Part shown: positions 38,901 through 45,697 of the stretch, one piece after another
Layout of the letters: every line of letters begins with the position of its first letter
How positions within the stretch are numbered: the stretch's first letter is position 1
Source of the DNA: Planctomyces sp. SH-PL62
GTDB taxonomy: Bacteria; Planctomycetota; Planctomycetia; Planctomycetales; Planctomycetaceae
Assembly: GCA_945905295.1 (NCBI GenBank)
Contig: CAMDPX010000006.1
Span: forward strand, 22 to 64,021
DNA length: 64,000 nt
Direction: 5' to 3'
The notes under the pieces: generated by a model
What the model saw: only the letters and a program-made list of their open reading frames with translations
What the model was told of the DNA's origin: nothing
Databases searched by the model: none
Translations under genes and position numbers: made by a program

Positions 38901-40673
38901 GACGCGAAGACCCGCCTGCTGGGCATCGACGGTCGGGCGCAAGGTTCGCTGTTGCCGGCGCAGGTCGCACTGAGTTGGGCAAGTCTGGTGCTTTACGGCG
39001 AACCGACGCAGCGGCTGTTTCAATCGCTCTGGAGTGGTTCGACTTCCGCTGAGGAAATCGAGCCAGACCTTCACGCCATGCACCAAGACGATCCATCGAA
39101 TGATCATTTCGAACGTTGGACTCCGACAAGCTGGAAGCCACAGCAACGTCGTCGCCGATTCATGCCGCGCATTCAGCAAGCGTCCGCTCGCTCGATTGTG
39201 GATGAAATGAATGGAATGGGCCTCACGGCTGGCGATGCACCGGTCGTTCGCGGTGGCGATGGCAAGTGGATCCAACCTCATAAGGCGCTTGAACTCGTCG
39301 AAGTCAACGGCATCCGATTTTGGCAAATTGTCGATCCGGCCACCGGACTAAAATCCCCTCTGCCGGGGTCCAACTTGCAAGCTCAGGTTGAAAGTCCGGT
39401 GGTCCGGGACCGGCTCGGCTGTAATCGCGGCTTCACCGACTATGTCCGAGTGATCGGCAAGTGGGCGGTGAATCTGGTGGTAGGTACCGCGCAAGACCCG
39501 CTCGAACTGCAACTCGCGCGGCAGTTCGATAAGGGAATCGTCCCGGAAGAACGGCTGGTCGAGGTCCGCGAAGATAGCGCGCTCACGACGCTGAGGCCCG
39601 GACAATGGAAGAAACTCGGACCTCAGGATCGAGTGATCCTCATCATTCACGGCACTTTCAGTCAGGCGAAATCTCCCGTGAATGGCTTTGACTTTGACGC
39701 AGAGAAGCGACCGTCCAAATTCTTTCGCGACCTCACCACTGCCTGGGCGAAGCAAAACAAGACCGAGGTTCAGCCCACATTGCGCGTCCTTGCTTTCGAC
39801 CATTGGACGCTCTCGAAGTCGCCGCTCGATAATGCCGCGGACATGGCGAAAGCCCTATACGATCTCGACCCGCATTTACTCGATGCAGGTCGACTCGACT
39901 TGATCGTGCATAGTCGCGGCGGGCTTGTGGCTCGGTCGTTTGTTGAACTTACTTTTGAAACGGCTCAAGAACGGACATTTCCTGTCAATCAACGTTGCGC
40001 GGCCGTCCGCCGAGTGATTTTCATGGGCACACCCAACGCCGGCACTCAGTTGGCCAACCCCGTGAATGCCGGTCGGCTCGCCGACTTCTTGGTGAACTTA
40101 GCCCACCTGGACGAATTCGGTTTCTTCGCGCGGATGAGTGGTTTGCTGGCTCAAGTGGTAGTCCATGAGGAGCTCAGCAAGATCCCCGGATTGCGGGCAC
40201 AGAATCCCATTAACCGAGATAAGGAGGGGGAGCTGTTACATCGGTTGCACCACAAACCCACGACGGTTTTTGACGACGGCGACAAACTCAAAGTAGGACA
40301 AGAGAAGAAGTATTGGTGCGTGGCCGCGAACTACGAACCCTTCGACGACAAAGGCGTGACGGACCTCACTGGCATCGGCGAACACTTAAAAGCTGTCGGC
40401 TTAGATGAAGCCTTCGATGCGTTCTACAACGTCACGAACGACCTCGTCGTCGATACGCACGGCGTCTGGGCGTTCCGCAAAGAGTCGCAACAGATGCTGG
40501 AGACAACCGGCCCGCTGCCGGGCACGCAGGTGCTGCTCTACAACCCGACGCCCGCTTCGACCAAAGAACCGTCCAACGCGCAACGAGTCCGCGCCGTGCG
40601 AGTGCATCACTGCAACCTCTTCATGAAGCGTGAGGTCCGACAATTCGTGCAAGACATCGTGCTCGAGAAGTAG
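36000..40673 (+). CDS. 1557-aa multidomain protein: clostripain (C11)-like module with His->Gln, helical linker, CHAT caspase-like protease domain, C-terminal alpha/beta-hydrolase (lipase/esterase-like)
   Basis: - C11-like: WTFLLYFCGDTS, VHVVLQHDSP, NTGDPQEAIDFLTWG, AVIFSGQG (Gln codon 36393..36395 where family members carry the catalytic His), VVFDAGCTAFIEIAYQL.
- CHAT: YDIIHFAGHACF (His 38538..38540) and LVYANACEAG (Cys 38670..38672), plus LAPLWPINDDVA.
- Hydrolase: VILIIHGTF and LIVHSRGGLVA (Ser 39912..39914).
- GC is about 52-56% in spot counts versus about 62-68% in neighbours. Confidence 0.75.
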   Translation: MAKRRTANRKPKPIPVAAIEQADPAPLKVKPWTFLLYFCGDTSALREEVRKDVLEVAKACKAGLDQVHVVLQHDSPDGGARRYIGSDGQWVKINEADPVRVNTGDPQEAIDFLTWGLKLAPSRHVAVIFSGQGIRLKYAFEILQQRDLFVRGRSATSKNQDSPFEISDSFSICHDEVHRDALDVTQLKSILQAVTTLLDRPVDLVVFDAGCTAFIEIAYQLRSVALAMVAPRGLMPDSGLPYLDVLRSCNKLIQKIERLERTRIAKVGQEAKVPSEWSPERVAIIISRVIGRVAAKAKYPAKEIAPELVVVDLQHTAAAVQLVDYVAATLLNQLGDWHVLNAVRRTQSFIRLTAELGVWHSSPNGASGDLPSADLFRWLCTLEAHLESEEAQTPARFGQLMRLRHVRQVVRNARLELVPQRYLNLVKRRLTDFMGSISHKVLKEFSIAMDARWTDAEITQVLNKVKTIESWFGGCKGNDKDVIPLWVKTYSLLPSFGLLIVLPLSQNLDAERETSSSIIRGSNYNSLDFCRDAGWTNFLGALQLILEKPHALWRMINSFLISQNEQTRSSTLRRFLESSNVLSGISEQFRGFRSELAITLSLDASSVESSSQSDADEGGIFRGTADREEFIVRLQSFDGSPRIQENLCPIYRSTTQSALRSFERLLNSGESVDDAMAVLRQLGRSLGEDIIQDLGEPLSEERRRLENDTSVAPHLRFQIPMHLMRYPWELMSDQEGLLFERFAMGRQFFTRSRLPRQQPRSETALRVLILGDPQFDSGFWNKNRPHQLSGAVREAHHIVDLFREFRDDLEGVVEVWIEAHIECVITVSQVRDLIRSGQYDIIHFAGHACFNEDDPEGSAWLLSDGLLHAREIRNTLHWTPTPPWLVYANACEAGMEGGDSARSDGLLRYQGDVCGLGSAFTNHGVRGYLAPLWPINDDVALQIASDFYRGLLIKRFSLGEALFKAKQDAKTRLLGIDGRAQGSLLPAQVALSWASLVLYGEPTQRLFQSLWSGSTSAEEIEPDLHAMHQDDPSNDHFERWTPTSWKPQQRRRRFMPRIQQASARSIVDEMNGMGLTAGDAPVVRGGDGKWIQPHKALELVEVNGIRFWQIVDPATGLKSPLPGSNLQAQVESPVVRDRLGCNRGFTDYVRVIGKWAVNLVVGTAQDPLELQLARQFDKGIVPEERLVEVREDSALTTLRPGQWKKLGPQDRVILIIHGTFSQAKSPVNGFDFDAEKRPSKFFRDLTTAWAKQNKTEVQPTLRVLAFDHWTLSKSPLDNAADMAKALYDLDPHLLDAGRLDLIVHSRGGLVARSFVELTFETAQERTFPVNQRCAAVRRVIFMGTPNAGTQLANPVNAGRLADFLVNLAHLDEFGFFARMSGLLAQVVVHEELSKIPGLRAQNPINRDKEGELLHRLHHKPTTVFDDGDKLKVGQEKKYWCVAANYEPFDDKGVTDLTGIGEHLKAVGLDEAFDAFYNVTNDLVVDTHGVWAFRKESQQMLETTGPLPGTQVLLYNPTPASTKEPSNAQRVRAVRVHHCNLFMKREVRQFVQDIVLEK

Positions 40674-40737
40674 CGCGCGAGCCTGCGTCAGTGGTGCTAT
40701 GTCTCGCTTCTGACCGACGCGAGACGCGTCGGCCACG

Positions 40738-43176
40738 CTAAGCTAGCGCCGTCGCCTCACCGTCGGATGGCATCGACCACGGAACCCAGACGAGGGCGAC
40801 TTGGCTGATCGTGATGTCAGACTTCTTGGGTTGCAGCGTGACCTCTTCCAATTCGATCGCGGTGGGATCGACGTGAGCGGAGAGCTTCTCGGTTTCGGCT
40901 TTGAATTCCGCCTCGAGCGCGGCCAACCGTTGTTGCACCGCTTCGAGATTTTCTTCGGCGTAACCGATGTCAGTGCGTTCTTTGGCCAGCTTGCCGGCCG
41001 AGCGTGCTGCTGTGGCCGCTTTGCTGACATTGGTCACGCTCAGTGTCCTCTTGCCGAGGAACGCTCCCAGCAGTGACGATCCCACGGTGAGCATCGTCCC
41101 CCAGGTTTGTGACTTGGCTTGTTCTTCTTCTTTGGCTTTACGTTGCTCGGCTTTGCGAAGTTGTTCGTGCAGAGCGGTGACTTTCGGAGCGTATTTCTGA
41201 CGCAGCTTCTCGACGGCGAGGTCGCGCTCCTCGCGCAGCACTTGGCTGAGTCGCGAACGAAAGTCCCCTTCGTTTTCGTCGGCGCGAGAGACCGCCTTCG
41301 GCGATTTGCATTTCCAGACGGTCAAGCGGTGGACTCGATAGAGATGGTCTTTCAACGCTGTAGTCAGAGTCGCGTACTTCTTGGGCTTCGCGAGATCGGC
41401 GGGAAGCGGCGCGAATGCGGCTCCGCCGGCGGGCGTCTTTTCCAAATCAGGCGGGCCATCGTGCGAGAGTTCGCCGTCGTCCCAGGGATCGAGCGAAACT
41501 TCATCGGCGACGGGAGCGAGAATCGAAACCGCGTCCCAGACATCGACGTCGGCTGTCGTCTTTACGAAGTGAGCCTTCGCGATGCCGAGCAGCGCCGGCC
41601 GATAGACGAACTTGTCTCCGGAGTCCGGATCGCGGCGCGCGGGGATGAAGAACTCGACGATGTCTGGTGACAGCACCGGACGATGTTCGCTGACTCCGTC
41701 GGCTGACGCTGAGGCCGTGTCGGCAGTCGTGGTTGAGGAGGTCGGCTGCGACGACTCCCGGCGTGTTCGCATCAGCGAGTCGATCTGGTCTCGCGACAGC
41801 GGGCCGCGCAGATACGACAGCGACCAGCGCGTTTGAAAAATGCTCGGTGCGTCGTCGTGGACGTTGTTCATCACGAAGACTCGCTTGCCGAGTCCTGACA
41901 GGATCGAGTCCATCGCGGATCGGTCGAAGCTGTGTCCCGTTGAAGCGGATGCCCCTTCCAGTCCATCGAGCACGCGGGCTTTGTCCCGCTCGGTCTGCAA
42001 GCGGCCGAGAAACCAGGTGCCGCAGTTCGACAGCCCCTTGTAGTCGAGATCCACCGGGTTCTGCGTTGCGAGCACGATGCCGAGTCCGAACGCGCGAGCT
42101 TGCTTCAGCAGCGTTAGCATCGGGGTCTTCGAGGGCGGGTTCGCGGTTGGTGGGAAATAGCCGAAGACTTCGTCCATGTAGAGCAGACATCGCAAGCTGG
42201 ACGTCCCCGACTGTGACCGCATCCAGGCGAGCACTTCGTTGAGGAAGATCGTCACGAAAAACATCCGCTCGGAATCGGACAGGTGTGAGATCGACATGAT
42301 CGAAAGCCGAGGTTTACCGTCCGCCGTCCAGAGCAGGCGTTGAATGTCGAGCGCTTCCCCTTCCATCCAAGCCGAGAAGCCGGGCGACGCCAGCAAGTTG
42401 TTGAGCGTCATCGCCAGCGTGAAGCGTTCCGTCGCCGGGTAAAACGTGTCGAGGTCCAAAACGCCGACCTTCTTGAACGAAGGCGATTGAATCTCCCGAA
42501 TAAGCTGACCGAGATCGAGGTCTTTCTTCTCGCGCCAGGCACGGTCGAAGATGTTGGTCAGCAAGATCTGCTCGCGGCTGCGGATCGGGTCCGCGTCGAT
42601 GCCGAGCAACGCCAACAAACCGGCCGCCGCGCCGTTGACTCGCTCACGCATCGCGTCGCTGTTGTCGAGCACCGCTTGCGGCGGAGCTCCAAACGACCGC
42701 ACGACCGTCAGCGGCAAACCCGCCTGACTGCCGGGTGTGTAGATCGCGACGTCGCACGCCTCGCGAAACTTCTGGATGCGTGAGCCGTCTTGATCCCACG
42801 CGGCGAGTCCGTCTTTCCAACTCTGCGCCGACTCAGCCGCAAATTGATCGGGCGTTAGGCCGCGCCGTGTCGCCTCAGACGCATCGACCCACGGCCGGAA
42901 GTCGTCAGCCTTCAACTGCGGAAATGTCAGCAGCAGATTTCCGAGGTCTCCTTTCGGATCGATGATGAGCGCGGGGACGCCGTCGATCGCGGCCTCTTCC
43001 AGCAGGCTCAAACACAACCCAGTCTTACCGCTGCCGGTCATACCGACGACGACCGCGTGAGTCGTCAAATCCTTCGCGTCATACAGCAGGTAATCTGGCT
43101 TTGGCTGCTGAGCCGCGAGGTCGAAGTGTTTTCCGAGATAAAAGACTCCGAGTTTTTCATAGTCCTGACTGGGCAT
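40738..43176 (-). CDS. HerA/FtsK-superfamily P-loop ATPase (DUF87-like) with coiled-coil/TM C-terminal region
   Basis: Start at the ATG at 43176 (MPSQDYEKLGVFYLGK). Walker A VVGMTGSGKTG. Walker B LLYMDEVFGYFP. VLATQNPVDLDYKGLSNCGTWFLGRLQTERD. C-terminal EQRKAKEEEQ coiled coil and the hydrophobic stretch TWGTMLTVGSSLLGAFLG. Confidence 0.8.
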   Translation of the reverse strand: MPSQDYEKLGVFYLGKHFDLAAQQPKPDYLLYDAKDLTTHAVVVGMTGSGKTGLCLSLLEEAAIDGVPALIIDPKGDLGNLLLTFPQLKADDFRPWVDASEATRRGLTPDQFAAESAQSWKDGLAAWDQDGSRIQKFREACDVAIYTPGSQAGLPLTVVRSFGAPPQAVLDNSDAMRERVNGAAAGLLALLGIDADPIRSREQILLTNIFDRAWREKKDLDLGQLIREIQSPSFKKVGVLDLDTFYPATERFTLAMTLNNLLASPGFSAWMEGEALDIQRLLWTADGKPRLSIMSISHLSDSERMFFVTIFLNEVLAWMRSQSGTSSLRCLLYMDEVFGYFPPTANPPSKTPMLTLLKQARAFGLGIVLATQNPVDLDYKGLSNCGTWFLGRLQTERDKARVLDGLEGASASTGHSFDRSAMDSILSGLGKRVFVMNNVHDDAPSIFQTRWSLSYLRGPLSRDQIDSLMRTRRESSQPTSSTTTADTASASADGVSEHRPVLSPDIVEFFIPARRDPDSGDKFVYRPALLGIAKAHFVKTTADVDVWDAVSILAPVADEVSLDPWDDGELSHDGPPDLEKTPAGGAAFAPLPADLAKPKKYATLTTALKDHLYRVHRLTVWKCKSPKAVSRADENEGDFRSRLSQVLREERDLAVEKLRQKYAPKVTALHEQLRKAEQRKAKEEEQAKSQTWGTMLTVGSSLLGAFLGKRTLSVTNVSKAATAARSAGKLAKERTDIGYAEENLEAVQQRLAALEAEFKAETEKLSAHVDPTAIELEEVTLQPKKSDITISQVALVWVPWSMPSDGEATALA

Positions 43177-43314
43177 GACGACATCCGATCGGGTGCGAAA
43201 CAAAAAAGTGCGACGGCGATTCTACTGATCGGCGATGTTCGGCCAAGCAGCGAGGCGTTGGCTTGGTGGATGTGTCCGAGTTCAGACTTTAGTCTGTCGG
43301 CTCGCCGTCGAATC

Positions 43315-43392
43315 GGCGAGCCGTCGGGCGTCAGCCCCCGGACGCATTCCGAAACCGCGACTTGTCCGGGAGCTAACGCTGCCCGGCTCGCC
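43315..43392. repeat. REP-like element, family E (GGCGAGCCGTCGGGCGTCAGCCCCCGG ... CCGGGAGCTAACGCTGCCCGGCTCGCC)
   Basis: Imperfect inverted repeat in the divergent spacer. Shares GGCGAGC...GCGTCAGCCCCC with 46678..46755. Confidence 0.8.
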
Positions 43393-43397
43393 GGAGA

Positions 43398-44180
43398 ATG
43401 ACTGAGATGCCCGAATACACTCGCATGGAATTGATGATCTGTTCGGCCGCGCGGTGGCTGGAGGACGGCGCGATGGTCGTCGTCGGCACCGGTGCTCCGT
43501 GTGCGGCGGCGATGTTGGCTCAAAAGACCACCGCGCCGAATCTCACGCTGCTGTTCGAGGCGGGTGGCATCGGACCTCTGTTGCCGAGGATGCCGATCAG
43601 CGTGGGGGACTCGCGGACGTTCTATCGCGGCCTGATGGCGACCAGCATGGCCGACATCATGGAGACGTGTCAGCGCGGCATGGTCGAGTACACGTTTCTT
43701 GGCGGAGCACAAATCGATCGCTTCGGCAATTTGAACTCGACGCAGATTGGTGACGACTATCAGCATCCGAAGGTGCGGTTGCCCGGCAGCGGCGGCGCGA
43801 ACGATCTCGCATCGTTCTGCTGGCGCGTTCTCGTTCTGACTCCGCATGACAAGCGGCGGTTTGTCGAGCGCTGCGATTTCGTCACGACTCCGGGATACCT
43901 GACCGGTCCCGGCGCTCGTGAGGACGCGGGCCTGCCGCCGGGAACTGGGCCGTATAAGGTCATCACCGATTTGGCGGTGCTCGGCTTTGATGACGCGACC
44001 AAGCGGATGCAGGTCGAGTCGCTGCATCCGGGAGTCACTCTGCAAGAGGTCCGCGACCGCACCGGCTTTGAGTTGCTGGTGCGCGACCCGCTCGAAGCGA
44101 CACCGGCTCCGGATCCAACCGCTCTGGAGATTCTGCGGAATGAAGTCGATCCGCAGCGCTACATCATCGGCCGTGGGTGA
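43398..44180 (+). CDS. CoA-transferase beta subunit (glutaconate/3-oxoacid CoA-transferase family B)
   Basis: MELMICSAARWLEDGAMVVVGTGAP, LLFEAGGIG, LPGSGGANDL. No alpha-subunit gene is adjacent. Confidence 0.75.
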   Translation: MTEMPEYTRMELMICSAARWLEDGAMVVVGTGAPCAAAMLAQKTTAPNLTLLFEAGGIGPLLPRMPISVGDSRTFYRGLMATSMADIMETCQRGMVEYTFLGGAQIDRFGNLNSTQIGDDYQHPKVRLPGSGGANDLASFCWRVLVLTPHDKRRFVERCDFVTTPGYLTGPGAREDAGLPPGTGPYKVITDLAVLGFDDATKRMQVESLHPGVTLQEVRDRTGFELLVRDPLEATPAPDPTALEILRNEVDPQRYIIGRG

Positions 44181-44188
44181 GAGCGCTC

Positions 44189-44241
44189 GTAGTGACCCCA
44201 TTCATGGGGGCGAGAGCCGGACCCGATGAATCGGGTCACTA
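44189..44241. repeat. REP-like element (GTAGTGACCCCATTCATGGGG ... CCCGATGAATCGGGTCACTAC)
   Basis: GTAG/CTAC-terminated inverted repeat between convergent genes. Confidence 0.85.
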
Positions 44242-44248
44242 CGAACGC

Positions 44249-45691
44249 TTACGCGAGCAACGCCTCGACCACATTCCCATGCACGTCGGTCAAACGGAAA
44301 TCGCGGCCGGCGTGGTGGAAGGTCAGGCGTTCGTGATCCAGGCCGAGCAGATGCAGGATCGTGGCTTGCAGGTCGTGGACGTGGACTGGGTTCTCGGTGA
44401 TGTGGAAGCCGAGTTCGTCGGTGGTTCCATAGGTCTGGCCGGGCTTGATGCCTCCGCCGGCGAGCCACATCGTGTAAGCCTGCGGGTGATGGTCTCGGCC
44501 GAGACTGCGGCCGAGCGCGGGGTTGGTTTCGACCATCGGCGTGCGACCGAACTCGCCGCCCCAAATCACCAGCGTCTCGTTGAGCAACCCGCGCTGCTTG
44601 AGATCGGTGATGAGCGCGGCACTCGCTTGATCGGTCTTGCCGCAGTTGTTCTTCAAGTTGCCGGCAACGTCCGAATGCGCGTCCCATCCTTCGTTGTAGA
44701 TATTCACGAACCGCACGCCCCGCTCGATCATCCGCCGTGCCAGCAAGCACGCGCGAGCGAACGACGGCTGAGCCGGATCGCAGCCGTACATTTTGAGCGT
44801 CGCTTCCGACTCCGACTTGAGATCCATCAGTTCCGGAGCAGACGTTTGCAGGCGGAACGCCATCTCATACGACGCGATGCGCGTCGCGATTTCGGGATCG
44901 CCTTCTTTCTCCAACCGCGTGCGATTCAACGAGCCGATCAGGTCGAGCGAATCGCGCTGCAACTTGGCATCGATGCCCGGAGGACTCGACACGTTCAGAA
45001 TCGGATCGCCTTGATTGCGGAGGCGGACACCGGTGTAGACGGTCGGCAGGAAGCCGCTCGACCAATTCGCCGCGCCGCCGCTGATGCCGGCTCCGGTGGA
45101 CATCACGACGAATGCGGGCAAGTCGCTGGTCTCGGCACCGAGGCCGTACAAGACCCACGAACCGAGGCTCGGCCGGCCGGGCTGCGAGAAGCCGGTGTTG
45201 AAAAAGATTTGAGCCGGAGCGTGATTGAACTGATCGGTGCGCACCGACTTCACCAGGCAGAGGTCATCCACGATCTTCGCGAGGTGCGGCAGCACTTCAG
45301 AGAGTTCGGTTCCGCATTCTCCATGCTTCGCGAATTTGAATCGCGGTCCCAGGCAATTCGAGTCCGGGCGGATGAAGGCGTATCGCTGGCTGCCGACGAC
45401 TTCGGGAGGGATCGGCTTTCCTTCGTACTCGGCCAGCTTCGGTTTATTGTCAAAGAGGTCGAGCTGGCTTGGAGCTCCAGCCATGAAGAGATGGATGACC
45501 GCCTTGGCCTTACCGTTGAAGTGCGCCTGTCGCGGCGCGAATGAATTCGTATCGCCAGCAACAGCACCACGAGCCATCGCATCGGCCAGCAGGCCACCGA
45601 GCGCGACTTTGCCCACGCCGATTCCGCAGTCGCGAAAGAAATGCCGGCGCGCCACGAGAGGCGAGGAATCAGGTCTCAGCGAAGGGTTCAT
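44249..45691 (-). CDS. DUF1501 domain protein
   Basis: [47 protein letters not shown]. Lies 6 nt downstream of its DUF1553 partner. Confidence 0.9.
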   Translation of the reverse strand: MNPSLRPDSSPLVARRHFFRDCGIGVGKVALGGLLADAMARGAVAGDTNSFAPRQAHFNGKAKAVIHLFMAGAPSQLDLFDNKPKLAEYEGKPIPPEVVGSQRYAFIRPDSNCLGPRFKFAKHGECGTELSEVLPHLAKIVDDLCLVKSVRTDQFNHAPAQIFFNTGFSQPGRPSLGSWVLYGLGAETSDLPAFVVMSTGAGISGGAANWSSGFLPTVYTGVRLRNQGDPILNVSSPPGIDAKLQRDSLDLIGSLNRTRLEKEGDPEIATRIASYEMAFRLQTSAPELMDLKSESEATLKMYGCDPAQPSFARACLLARRMIERGVRFVNIYNEGWDAHSDVAGNLKNNCGKTDQASAALITDLKQRGLLNETLVIWGGEFGRTPMVETNPALGRSLGRDHHPQAYTMWLAGGGIKPGQTYGTTDELGFHITENPVHVHDLQATILHLLGLDHERLTFHHAGRDFRLTDVHGNVVEALLA

Positions 45692-45697
45692 GACAAC

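Noticed and set aside
36000-43176. CHAT giant gene and HerA-like ATPase as one operon.
   Set aside because: The genes are convergent (tail-to-tail) and differ in GC content. I kept them only as a low-priority association to test, not as a called system.
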